From Thermomonas sp. (GTDB taxonomy: Bacteria > Pseudomonadota > Gammaproteobacteria > Xanthomonadales > Xanthomonadaceae): 64,000 nucleotides of DNA. The stretch is taken from positions 33,079 to 97,078 of the forward strand of contig NZ_JAYRTQ010000005.1 in the NCBI RefSeq assembly GCF_041919455.1, in the 5' to 3' direction. The notes under the pieces were generated by a model, which saw nothing but the letters and a program-made list of their open reading frames with translations, did not search any database and was not told where the DNA came from. This document shows, piece by piece, positions 25,587-35,020 of the stretch. Position numbers and translations under genes: made by a program. The stretch's first letter is position 1; every line of letters begins with the position of its first letter.

Positions 25587-28500
25587 GACCCGTCGGTTTC
25601 GCCAGGCGGCTTCGCCCCGTCCGCTTTCCTCGCGTCCTCGGCCGCCTTGAACTTCAGCGCGCTGATGGTCCTCTCGAACGCACGTTCCTCTGGCGTGCGG
25701 ATGCGCGGCATGACCCGCTCAGCCGCATCGCGCGGCGCCGCGTTCGGCATGCCGCCGGCCTTCAGCGCCTCGACCAGTTCCAGCAGCGCCGAATGCAGGT
25801 GGTCCTGCCGCGCCAGGGTGCGCTCCAGGCCGTCGAGCAGCGGCTGGTGGGCGCTGCGCAGCAGGTCGCCGACGGGTGGCGCGGACGCTGCAACTGCGGC
25901 AGTGCTGGCCGTCGGCGTGGCGATGCGCGCCAGTGCGTCCAGCAACTCGCTCCAGGGCGGCGGTTGTGGTGAGACGGGCGCGGGTTCATCGCGCAGGCCC
26001 TGCAGGCCACCGGCGATGTCGGCCAGCTGCGCGACCATGCGCCCGCCGACATCGGCATCGTCCGCGCCCATCGCCTTGTTGCGCAGGAAGTCGGCCTTGA
26101 TCTGCGCCCAGCGCGCCTGCTGGTCCGGCGTCATCCGGTCAAGCAGTTCGCCGAGCTTGAGCAGGTTTTCCTCGGCACCTTGGGTGAGCAGTTGCGACTC
26201 GCCGAGGTAATGGTCGGCGATGACCTGGCGGAGCTCGGCATCGTTCATCACCGGCGAGATCTTTTCCGCCAGCTTGTTCATGTTGCGGTAGCTGCCCTGC
26301 AGCTTGAACGGTGGTTCCACGCGGTACTTGTCCGCCTGCGCGGCGCTGGCGATGTATTGCATGTTGACCTTGAACACCACTTCGCGGACCTGCAGCATCT
26401 TCTGCAGCACACCGACGATCTCGTTGATCTCGGCGCCGCTGTAGGCATGCGTCAGTGCATTGGTGGAGACCTCGCGGCCGCGCGCCTTGTCGACCAGCAG
26501 GTAGAGGTCGGCGAGATCGCGCGTGGCCAGCGGCGCGAGCACCGCATTGGAGGTAAGGCTGTTCTCGATGTAGCTGAGCAGGAACGTGTCTTCCATGCCG
26601 CCGAGCACGTCGCCCAAGTTGTAGATGTCGGCGCGGTTGGCCAGCATGTCCGGGATCTTGAAGGCCTCGCCGGACTCGGTGTACGGGTTGCCGGCCATCA
26701 CCACCGCGAACTTGCGTCCGCGCAGGTCGTAGGTGCGGGTGTTGCCGCGCCACACGCCTTCGATGCGACGGGTGCCGTCGCACAGCGAGATGAACTTCTG
26801 CAGGAATTCCGGATGGGTGTGCTGGATGTCGTCGACATACAGCATCACGTTGTTGCCCATCTCCAGCGCGAGATTCAACTTCTCCAATTCCTGGCGCGAG
26901 GTCGCGTCCGGCGCCTGCGCCGGGTCCAGTGAGCGCACCTGGTGGCCCAGCGACGGCCCGTTGATCTTCATGAAGACCAGGCCCAGCCGGTGCGCCACGT
27001 ATTCCATCAGCGTGGTCTTGCCGTAGCCGGGCGGGGAGATCAGCATCAGCAGGCCCATCAGGTCGCTGCGCTTGTCTTCCCCGACCGTGCCCATCTGCTT
27101 GGCGAGGTTGTCGCCGATCACGCGCAGGTAGACGTCGTTGATCAGCTTGTTGCGCACGAAGCTGGTCAGTGGCCGCGCCTTGAATTCCGACAGGCGCATC
27201 GTCTCGCGCTCGCGCTGCACGATGCGCGCGCGCACCTCCTGGTAGCGGCGGAATGCCGGGAGGAAGGTCGCCTGGTGCTGGCGCAGGCGCGATTGCAGGT
27301 CGTCGATGGCCAGGTGCAAGGTGCCGTCGACGATGCGCGCATGCTGCCCGAGCAGGCCGCTCGCATCCGCCATCAGGCGAACGTCAACGATGCGGTGCGG
27401 CAGCTTCGGGCCGTGCAGGTGCAGCGCCGCCGCTTCATGCGCGTAGGCGGCGAGGGCCGCATGTTCCGGACGTGCGACCAGTGCCTGCAGCCACTGCAGC
27501 AGCAACGACCATTGCGCGCCCGGACGATCCTGCAGGCGTTCCAGCGCCTGCTTGAACAAATCTTCGCTGCCGCTGGCGGCCAGTTGCACGCGCAGCGCAT
27601 CGAGCAGGTTCGCCGCGTAGCGCGTAAACGGCAGTTGGTCGGATTCCACGGTGATCGCGGCGATCAGGAACGTGGCGGCTTCGGCCTGGAGTCCATCTGC
27701 CAGTGGCAAGGCCTGTTCGGCGCGGAACTGTGCGACGGCGTCGGCGAGTTCATTCGCCAACGCGGTCGTCGCGGTCGCGTCCTGCAGGTGGCTGCGCACC
27801 GCCTTCGCATTGCGGATGCGTTCCAGCCAGCCGGTTTCAGGCGTGGCTTGGGCGTGCTGCCAGAACGCGGCGGCCAATGCGCGTGCATCGGCGGCATGCA
27901 CCAGCGGACCCGCCGGGCGATAGAGTGGCACCACCGCGCGCAGGATCAACGCGGCATCGTGGTCGTGGATGCCTTTCTCGTAGCCGTCACGATAGCGCGC
28001 GGAGGCGAATTCGCGCACGCGCGTCGCCAACGCGTCGGGATCGCCAACAAGGCGTTCCAGGGTGTCGATATCGAGGCCGTCACGGCCGGCCAGCGCGGCA
28101 TCGAGCAGTTGCCCGGCCAGGTATTCGCCGCGATACAGGTCCGGTGATTCGGATTCAAGCGTGACCTGCCAGAACGCACGCAACGCGGCGAGTTCCGGGT
28201 CGTGCAGCGGCGCCATGTAGTCGGTGCCGGTGAGGTGCACGGCCATGTCCTCGCCGCGCGGCAGCAGGGTCAGGTCGAGTGGCTGGGTGTTGACGCTGAA
28301 GCGGTGGCGCGGGCCCAGCTTGATGACGTTGCCGCCTTCCTCGAACAGGTCGCTGCGGTCGCGCAGCCCGCGCACGGCCTGGTCGCGCGCGGCCTTGATC
28401 CGCGATTCGATGTCGTCGGCCTTGACCGAGTCCTTCAGCGTGCGCAGGCGCTCGGCCAGCTCGCGCAGCTTCATCACCAGCGCATCGCCGGCAAAGAACG

Positions 28501-30922
28501 CATTGAGCTCGTCGGGATTGGTGAAGCGCTCGGTGCGTCGGCCAAGACCGTCGAAGATGCGATTGGCGGCATCGAGCACCGACCGCGCCTTGCGCTGGCG
28601 CTCGTCCATCAGCGCCTGGCGATGGGTCTCGAAGGTTTCCAGCAGTTCCTCGCGCTTGCCGAGGATGTCGCCGAGGAATTGTTCGTGCTCGCCGAACTGG
28701 CCCTCCAGTTCCTCCAGCTGCACCATCAGCCGCGAGAGCTGTTCGTCAGCGCGTTCCGGCGTGGTCGCCATGTCCAGCGCGCTGGCGACCGCCTGTGCGA
28801 ACAGCGAGAACTGCGCACCGAACTGCGCCACCGCCTCGGCGGAGCCCAGGGTCTTGCGCTTCTGCTCGGCGCGCGCGCGCGCCTGGTTCAACCTAGCGTA
28901 CAGGGCGGAGATCGCATCGACCACGCGGGTGCGCTGGGTGGCGTCGTCGACCTTCAGGCTGGCCATCAGCTCGGACAGGCGGTCGAGGTCGGCCGACATC
29001 GCCTGCATGCCGGCGAGTTGCTCGCCGAGCTGGGTGGCGGTCTGCGCTTTCTGCGCCTGTTCGTCCAGCGCCTGCAACGCCTGCTGCAGCGGCAGCAGGG
29101 CCTTGTCGCCGGCCAGGAAGTTGCCGGTCGCCACGCCCACGCGCTCGCTGGCCTGCTGCAGCTCGACACCCATCGCGTCGATCGCGGCGGTATCGATGTA
29201 GCGGTAATCGCGAATCGTCAGCAGGTGGCCGCGCTGCGCGGTGATCTCCGCCAGCGCATCGACGAAGGTCTGGATGCCGGTCCAGCCGTCGGGCTGCAGG
29301 CGACCGAGCAGGGCGCGCTGGGTCGCGCGCGCGCGGGTCATCGCAGCTTCCGACTGGCGCCGGACGTCCTGCACCTTGGCGAATTCGTCGAGCACCGATT
29401 CGCCGGTCGCGGCGATCTCATGGAGCAGGGTGGACAGGCCGCCGCATTGCGCGTCGTCGATCCAGTGGTGGATGTCGAACAGGCGCCGTGTGTTGTGCGC
29501 CAGCAGTTCGTAGCGCGCGGCGGAGACATCCTCGCGCTCGATGTCGCGGCCGAGGTCGAGCAGGTTGGACACTGCGCGCACCAGTTCGGCATTGCCGATC
29601 CGGCCCATGAAGCTGGTGCCCGGCGGACGGGCCGCCACGTATTCGTCGGAGGCGAACGGGGTCTGCCAGACCTGCATCTGGTGGACGCGGGTCGGGTCGT
29701 CGCTCTCGGCGTGGAAGAGCACCATGCGGCCGTCGTGCAGGCGTGCGTAACCGTGCGCGAGCACCGGCGGCTGCAGCCGGCGCTGGATCATGTTGTAGAC
29801 CAGCAGCGCGGACAGGCCGGAGTCGCGCTCGTAGAACACATAGAGCACGTCCTCGCCGTTCGGCGAGCGGATCATCCGCTTGTACTGCATGCCCTGCACG
29901 GCGGCGTCGAAGGCCTTGTGCTCGCCGTTCTGCAGGTAATAGCCGCCGGGAAAAATGATGCCGTGGTCTTCCGGCAACTGGATGCAGGCCTGGACGATCG
30001 CGTCCTGGCGCACCGCCTTGCCGGTCAATGTGTTGTAGACCAGCCCGCGCCAGGTGGTCTCGCGGTAGGGCAGCACCTTCAGCAGGATCAGCGCACCGAC
30101 CCTGGCGAAATGGATCTGCGCATCGTCGAGCGATTGCGTTTCGTCCTCGACCGATTCGCTGTAGATGCCGGCGCCGGTCTCGGTGTTGTTCTCGACCTTG
30201 AGGGTGAGGTCGCCGCCGGTGGTCTCGACGAACAGGGTGTCGAGGATGTTGAGGTGCGGGAAGCGCCCGCTGACTTCCAGCGACTTGGTGGCGCGGATCC
30301 ATTCGAAGTCGAACGGTGGCGGCAGCGCGATGTCGCGTTCGCCGCGCGCGTCGATGTAGCCGACCTCCCCGCTGCTGGCGATCGACCAGCGGAACACGCG
30401 CACGTCGTTCGCGTTGAGGCCGATCTGGAACGCGGCCAGCAGCTTGCCGTCGCGCACGATCAGCTGCAGCAGCCGCGCGTCCTTGTAGTACGCATAGAGT
30501 TCGGTGAAGTCGCGGATGAAGCCGGCATCGCCGAGGAAGCTGCCCGCGTGGTCGACCGGGGTGACGTCGTAGCCATCGCCGACCTCGACCAGGCGGTACA
30601 GGCCGAACACGTCGGACACGCTGGTAGTCGACTTCAGGCCCATGAAGACGTTGAAGCCGAACAGCAGCATGTCGCCGACCTGGACGATGTCGCGGCCCAC
30701 GCAGTTGTGCTCGCTGCGGATGCGCAAGCGGCCGACCAGCTCCATCTTGCTGTCGCCGAATTCCTGCAGGCGCTGCGCATTGATGCCTTGCGCGATCGCC
30801 TGCAGTTTCTGGCCCTGCTCGCCCAGCCGGCGCCGCAGCACTTCGTACGCGCCGCCCTGCGCGACCGCCTGGTCGACCAGCGAGTCGCCGCCCGTCGCCT
30901 GCTTGTCCGTGCCGTCCGTCAT
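25583..30922 (-). CDS. giant (1,779 aa) multidomain protein with embedded MoxR/dynein-class AAA+ ATPase module
   Basis: Walker A LISPPGYGKTTLMEY encoded at ~27.02-27.04 kb. Walker B VMLYVDDIQH. Sensor-1/Arg-finger region AVVMAGNPYTESGEAFKIPDMLANRADIYNL parallels MoxR 'ATQNP...PLPEAQLDRF'. Long coiled-coil middle region. P/A-rich C-terminus. Confidence 0.75.
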   Translation of the reverse strand: MTDGTDKQATGGDSLVDQAVAQGGAYEVLRRRLGEQGQKLQAIAQGINAQRLQEFGDSKMELVGRLRIRSEHNCVGRDIVQVGDMLLFGFNVFMGLKSTTSVSDVFGLYRLVEVGDGYDVTPVDHAGSFLGDAGFIRDFTELYAYYKDARLLQLIVRDGKLLAAFQIGLNANDVRVFRWSIASSGEVGYIDARGERDIALPPPFDFEWIRATKSLEVSGRFPHLNILDTLFVETTGGDLTLKVENNTETGAGIYSESVEDETQSLDDAQIHFARVGALILLKVLPYRETTWRGLVYNTLTGKAVRQDAIVQACIQLPEDHGIIFPGGYYLQNGEHKAFDAAVQGMQYKRMIRSPNGEDVLYVFYERDSGLSALLVYNMIQRRLQPPVLAHGYARLHDGRMVLFHAESDDPTRVHQMQVWQTPFASDEYVAARPPGTSFMGRIGNAELVRAVSNLLDLGRDIEREDVSAARYELLAHNTRRLFDIHHWIDDAQCGGLSTLLHEIAATGESVLDEFAKVQDVRRQSEAAMTRARATQRALLGRLQPDGWTGIQTFVDALAEITAQRGHLLTIRDYRYIDTAAIDAMGVELQQASERVGVATGNFLAGDKALLPLQQALQALDEQAQKAQTATQLGEQLAGMQAMSADLDRLSELMASLKVDDATQRTRVVDAISALYARLNQARARAEQKRKTLGSAEAVAQFGAQFSLFAQAVASALDMATTPERADEQLSRLMVQLEELEGQFGEHEQFLGDILGKREELLETFETHRQALMDERQRKARSVLDAANRIFDGLGRRTERFTNPDELNAFFAGDALVMKLRELAERLRTLKDSVKADDIESRIKAARDQAVRGLRDRSDLFEEGGNVIKLGPRHRFSVNTQPLDLTLLPRGEDMAVHLTGTDYMAPLHDPELAALRAFWQVTLESESPDLYRGEYLAGQLLDAALAGRDGLDIDTLERLVGDPDALATRVREFASARYRDGYEKGIHDHDAALILRAVVPLYRPAGPLVHAADARALAAAFWQHAQATPETGWLERIRNAKAVRSHLQDATATTALANELADAVAQFRAEQALPLADGLQAEAATFLIAAITVESDQLPFTRYAANLLDALRVQLAASGSEDLFKQALERLQDRPGAQWSLLLQWLQALVARPEHAALAAYAHEAAALHLHGPKLPHRIVDVRLMADASGLLGQHARIVDGTLHLAIDDLQSRLRQHQATFLPAFRRYQEVRARIVQRERETMRLSEFKARPLTSFVRNKLINDVYLRVIGDNLAKQMGTVGEDKRSDLMGLLMLISPPGYGKTTLMEYVAHRLGLVFMKINGPSLGHQVRSLDPAQAPDATSRQELEKLNLALEMGNNVMLYVDDIQHTHPEFLQKFISLCDGTRRIEGVWRGNTRTYDLRGRKFAVVMAGNPYTESGEAFKIPDMLANRADIYNLGDVLGGMEDTFLLSYIENSLTSNAVLAPLATRDLADLYLLVDKARGREVSTNALTHAYSGAEINEIVGVLQKMLQVREVVFKVNMQYIASAAQADKYRVEPPFKLQGSYRNMNKLAEKISPVMNDAELRQVIADHYLGESQLLTQGAEENLLKLGELLDRMTPDQQARWAQIKADFLRNKAMGADDADVGGRMVAQLADIAGGLQGLRDEPAPVSPQPPPWSELLDALARIATPTASTAAVAASAPPVGDLLRSAHQPLLDGLERTLARQDHLHSALLELVEALKAGGMPNAAPRDAAERVMPRIRTPEERAFERTISALKFKAAEDARKADGAKPPGETDGS

Positions 30923-30998
30923 CCCTGCATCCTTTCCATGGCGTCGTGTGCCAGCGCTTCAATGCGGGCAATCGCGCCAATGCATGCCCGCAACCGCG

Positions 30999-33002
30999 TC
31001 ACGCGTTGTCTGCGTCGTTGGCCAGCGCCGGACGCAGTTCCACCCCGGCGACCTTGGACAGCAACTGCTGCAGGATGGGGCTGTGCTGCGCCAGGCCCTC
31101 CATCGCCTTGCCCAGCGACACGCCCTTGGTCAGCGCATCGAACACGCCGCCGTCGCCGCCGATCAGTTCGATGTTGGCACCGCGCAGCGCTTCGCCCAGT
31201 ACCTCGGCATTCTCCTTCGACACCTGGCGGCCGGCCTCGATCGATGCCAGTGCCTGCTTCAGCCCGGTCTCCAGCGCCATCCGGAATTCCTCGTGGCTGC
31301 GCGACTCGAGGCTCATCTTGTCCATCGCGTCGAACTTGGACGTCAGGCCCTCGGCTTCCGCGGCCATGCGCTTGCCGATCGAGGTCGCCTCTGCATCGCC
31401 CATCGCCTGCGTGGCATCGGCCTGGGCGCGGCCCATCTGCGCCTTGTTCTCCGCCTCGGCACGGCCCATCTGCGCCTTGCCGTCCGCTTCCGCGGCCAGC
31501 CGTTCGGCCAGCACCTTGGCGTCCGCGCTGCCCTGCTTGTAGTTGGCCTGCGCCTTGGCCTCGATCACCCGCGCCTCGGCCACGCCGACCTTCTCCACCG
31601 CCGCCGCATTCGCTTCGCGCACCTGCGCGTCCGCCAGGCCAGGCGCGGCGCGTTCGGCGCGCACGCCATCGGCCAGCATCTTCTTGGCTTCGGCCTGCTT
31701 GTTGGCGGCCAGCAATTCGGCATCGGCCAGCGTGGTCATCTCGACCGCGCGGTGCTTCGCCGCGGTTTCCGCCGCCTCGGCGGCCTTCACTTCCTTGACC
31801 AGGACTTCCTGCGCGTCGGCTTCCGCCTGCAGGATGGTGACCTGCTTGGCGCGGTCGGCCTCCGCCACCTCGCGGGTTTCCTTGATCTTCTCCTGGGCGA
31901 TGGCGACGGTCTGGTCGATGACCGTGCGCTCGCGGACGATGTTGGCGACCTCCATGCGGCCGTTCTCGACCGCCTTGTCGCGCTCGACGCCCTGCAACTG
32001 CACTTCGCGATCGGTGGTGACCTTCTCCAGTTGCTTGGCGCGCTCGACGCGCTCCTGCTCGATGGTCACCGCGCGCTGGCGGTTCTGCTCGGCCACTTCG
32101 ACCTGGCGCAGCTGTTCCTGCTCGCGGATCTTGATCAGTTCGTCGGACTGCAGGCGTGCGTTCTCGGAGATCAATCGCTGCTCTTCGCGCACGCGCGCGG
32201 TCTCGGCTTCCTCGCGGGCCTGCACGGATTCGATCTCACGCTTCTGGCGGGCTTCCGCCTCGGCCTGCTGACGCTCGAGCGCGAGCAGCGCTTCACGGGC
32301 GCTGACGTTCTTCTGGGTGATCTGCAGCTTCTCGTCCTGCTCCAGTTCGTTGGTCTTGACGTTCTGCAGCGCGGTCAGTTCGGTGATCTTGCGGATGCCT
32401 TCGGCATCCAGGATGTTGTTGTGATCGAGCAGGTTCTTGGGCGTCTGCTCGAGGTAGTCGATGGCCACGTCCTCCAGCACGTAGCCATTGAGGTCGTTGC
32501 CGATGACCTTGACGATCTCGTCGCGGAATTCCTGGCGCTTCTCGAACAGGTCGGTGAACTCGAACTTCTTGCCGACCGTCTTCAGCGCCTCGGAGAACTT
32601 GGCGTTGAACAGTTCATCCACCGCGTTCTTGTCGGAGGCGCGGTCCGCGCCGATCGCCTTGGCCACGCGCAGCACGTCGGCCTGGGTTTCGTTGACGCGC
32701 AGGTAGAACGCCACGGTGATGTCGGCGCGCATGTTGTCCTTGCAGATCAGGCCTTCCTTGCCGCGGCGATCCACCTGCAGGGTGATCAGGCTGATCTTCA
32801 TCAATTCGGCGCGGTAGAGGACCGGCACGATCAGCGCACCGGTGAAGTGCACCTTCGGCTGCGAGCTCATGTCGTTGACGATCAGGGCGGTGCCCTGGTC
32901 GACCTTCTTGTAGAAAGCCTTGAACAGGCCCATCAGGCCGAAAATGAACACCAGCAGGACGCCGAGGCCGACGAGGAAGGGTGCGATTTGAGCGAAGGTC
33001 AT
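30999..33002 (-). CDS. yqiK: flotillin-family SPFH protein (YqiK-like)
   Basis: 667 aa. N-terminal TM, SPFH/band-7 domain, then very long Ala/Glu-rich coiled coil. Confidence 0.85.
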   Translation of the reverse strand: MTFAQIAPFLVGLGVLLVFIFGLMGLFKAFYKKVDQGTALIVNDMSSQPKVHFTGALIVPVLYRAELMKISLITLQVDRRGKEGLICKDNMRADITVAFYLRVNETQADVLRVAKAIGADRASDKNAVDELFNAKFSEALKTVGKKFEFTDLFEKRQEFRDEIVKVIGNDLNGYVLEDVAIDYLEQTPKNLLDHNNILDAEGIRKITELTALQNVKTNELEQDEKLQITQKNVSAREALLALERQQAEAEARQKREIESVQAREEAETARVREEQRLISENARLQSDELIKIREQEQLRQVEVAEQNRQRAVTIEQERVERAKQLEKVTTDREVQLQGVERDKAVENGRMEVANIVRERTVIDQTVAIAQEKIKETREVAEADRAKQVTILQAEADAQEVLVKEVKAAEAAETAAKHRAVEMTTLADAELLAANKQAEAKKMLADGVRAERAAPGLADAQVREANAAAVEKVGVAEARVIEAKAQANYKQGSADAKVLAERLAAEADGKAQMGRAEAENKAQMGRAQADATQAMGDAEATSIGKRMAAEAEGLTSKFDAMDKMSLESRSHEEFRMALETGLKQALASIEAGRQVSKENAEVLGEALRGANIELIGGDGGVFDALTKGVSLGKAMEGLAQHSPILQQLLSKVAGVELRPALANDADNA

Positions 33003-33032
33003 GGAAAGCTCCAGTGGCGTGCTTGATGGTGC

Positions 33033-33674
33033 CTAGTGCGCGTTGAACTGCGATTCGGAAATGACGAGATAGGTATTGGCGTTGGCGTCGTGCTCCAGCA
33101 GGACCACGCGGTCGCCGCGGACGAAGCGTTCCGGCGGCACAACCCGCACTTGCAGGATCAGGCCGGCACCGCCATCGGCGAATTCGGCGCGGCCTTGGTT
33201 GGCGTCGACCTCGGGCGATATCACCGTGCCGGCGCGGCCGAGGAGGCTGGGCGCGACCGGCGGACGCAGCTTGACCAGCAGCTTGCGCACCGGCCGCAGC
33301 AACAGCGAGGTGACGAACACGCCGGGCACCAGGGCGCCGACCAGGGTGGCGATGCCGCCGAGCAGGCGCAGCGGCGCCGGCAGGTGTTGCAGCACCAGCA
33401 GGTGCACGAAGTACGTGGCCATCCAGCCGAAGAACGACAGCACGGTGAGCACGATCATGATCGGCACGCCGCCCAGCCCGAGGCGGGCCAGCAGGCCGGC
33501 GCTGTCGGTGGCATGGTGGCTGTCGCCGCCGCCATCGCCACTCAACAGGCCGTCGATCGCGTCGATGTCGACCAGTCCCGTTGCGGCCAGCAACCAGTAG
33601 ACGACGCAGAACGCCAGCAGGATGCTGTAGGGCAGCGTGGGGAAGGTCAGCGCGGTGTGCAGGAATTCGGTCAT
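33033..33674 (-). CDS. yqiJ: NfeD-like membrane protein (YqiJ-like partner of flotillin)
   Basis: 213 aa. Multi-TM N-terminal half plus C-terminal OB-fold-like beta region. Immediately upstream of the flotillin gene, as in E. coli yqiJK. Confidence 0.7.
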   Translation of the reverse strand: MTEFLHTALTFPTLPYSILLAFCVVYWLLAATGLVDIDAIDGLLSGDGGGDSHHATDSAGLLARLGLGGVPIMIVLTVLSFFGWMATYFVHLLVLQHLPAPLRLLGGIATLVGALVPGVFVTSLLLRPVRKLLVKLRPPVAPSLLGRAGTVISPEVDANQGRAEFADGGAGLILQVRVVPPERFVRGDRVVLLEHDANANTYLVISESQFNAH

Positions 33675-33686
33675 GCGGCGTCCGGG

Positions 33687-34364
33687 TCAGCGCTTGGCGG
33701 TCGAGGGCGAAGGGGCTTTCGGCTTGATGCGTCTGGCGATGCGTTCCAGGACCTGGTCGGCCGCATCGCCCGCCGCCTCCTTCGGGGAAACGGGCGTGGC
33801 ACGGGAATCCGGCCCGCCCGTGGCCTTGCGCTGGCGTGCGCGTTGCGCCGGTGCCAGCGCCGGTTCCGGATGCGCGGTCTCCGTGGATCGGCGCCGCGCC
33901 ACGCTGGCCTGCGCCTGTTGCAGGCTGGCGCTTGCGCGCAGCGTATCGACCTGGTGTTTCAAACGGCGCAGCTGGTGTTCGCCCTGTTCGAGCACGTGCG
34001 CCAGTTCGGTTTCCCTGGCCTGCAGGGATTCCGCACGCTCGCGCTCCTCGTCCCGGTGGGACTGCAACGCCACGATCCGCTCCGCGGCCTCGCGCGCCTG
34101 GGTGCGCTTGCGCGTGTGCAGCGCCTGCTCGGCCTCTGCGGTGAGCGCGGCGATGCGCGTGCGCAGGTCCTGCTCGTGTTGCTCGCCGACGATGCGGGCG
34201 GCCTTGGTACTGGCGATGTCGGCGCGCACCCGATGCAGGGTGTCATCGAGGTCGCGGATGTCCTGGTCCAGCTGGCGCTCGACCTTGTCGCCGAACAGCG
34301 CATCGGAGACGCCGGCGACGTCCTCGCCCAGCCTCGCCAGCCATTGTCCGAGCAGGCCCGACAT
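33687..34364 (-). CDS. PspA/IM30 (phage-shock protein A / YjfJ-like) family protein
   Basis: ~226 aa from MSGLLGQWLARLGEDVAGVSDALFGDKVERQLDQDIRDLDDTLHRV... Pattern of PspA N-terminal helix then coiled coil. Start overlaps stop of upstream gene (TGATG). Confidence 0.8.
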   Translation of the reverse strand: MSGLLGQWLARLGEDVAGVSDALFGDKVERQLDQDIRDLDDTLHRVRADIASTKAARIVGEQHEQDLRTRIAALTAEAEQALHTRKRTQAREAAERIVALQSHRDEERERAESLQARETELAHVLEQGEHQLRRLKHQVDTLRASASLQQAQASVARRRSTETAHPEPALAPAQRARQRKATGGPDSRATPVSPKEAAGDAADQVLERIARRIKPKAPSPSTAKR

Positions 34365-34990
34365 CACGCCGCCGATTCCGCGGGCAGCAGGTAGCCGGCG
34401 AAGGCGTCGGTGGCGCCCAGCACGTTTTCCGCCAGGGTCTCGATTTCGAACATCAGGCTGGCCAGCCGCGAATGCGCGTCGAGCGCGCCGAACATGATGT
34501 AGCCGGGGACGCCGGCGACGGCCTGCACGGCAATGGTGGAGAGCGGCAGCAGCTTCTGCGTGCGCAGCACGTGCAGGTTGAACAGGGCGGGGTCGGCGAC
34601 CATCGCCACCGGCCACAGGTAGGCCTCGACGATGATCTGCCCGCCGACTGCGGCGACGAACAGCGACAGGTCGCCATGTTCGCGGAGGACCAGGTGCAGG
34701 CTCGGCTCCGCGCCCTCGATGGTCTCGATGCCGATCAGCCCGTCGCGGACCGCGCTGGTCTCGCCCAGTGCATGGCGGATCGTGGCGATGGTCCAGCCGG
34801 CCTCGGCGTGCATGGGTGCTGCCGAGTCGCGCTCGGGGTCGCGCATGGACTTTTCGATGGCGGCCAGCTCCGCTGCGTACTCGGGGCGGATCCACACGTC
34901 CTTCTTGACCAGGCCTTGCTCGCGCAGCCGCTCCCGATACCTGCGCTGGTGCTCGGTGGAGGTCTTCGGGGTGGCTTGACCATCTTTCAT
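34364..34990 (-). CDS. fusion protein: RHH-like N-terminal segment + YjfI/DUF2170-like domain, first gene of operon
   Basis: Probable start MKDGQATPKTSTEHQRRYRERLREQGLVKKDVWIRPEYAAELAAIEK (RHH-like). C-terminal ~130 aa resembles E. coli YjfI, which precedes the PspA paralog yjfJ. ORF table starts at a TTG (35026) inside the palindrome. Confidence 0.5.
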   Translation of the reverse strand: MKDGQATPKTSTEHQRRYRERLREQGLVKKDVWIRPEYAAELAAIEKSMRDPERDSAAPMHAEAGWTIATIRHALGETSAVRDGLIGIETIEGAEPSLHLVLREHGDLSLFVAAVGGQIIVEAYLWPVAMVADPALFNLHVLRTQKLLPLSTIAVQAVAGVPGYIMFGALDAHSRLASLMFEIETLAENVLGATDAFAGYLLPAESAA

Positions 34991-35020
34991 GTAATTGAAT
35001 CTATTTCTTACATGAAAGAT
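34982..35020. promoter_or_regulatory. AT-rich perfect inverted repeat operator/promoter at head of the PspA-flotillin-TelA operon
   Basis: ATCTTTCATGTAA-N13-TTACATGAAAGAT: 13-bp perfect arms with 13-bp AT-rich spacer. Left arm contains the ATG of the first gene. Lowest-GC stretch in the locus. Lies between this operon and divergent ssb. Confidence 0.5.
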
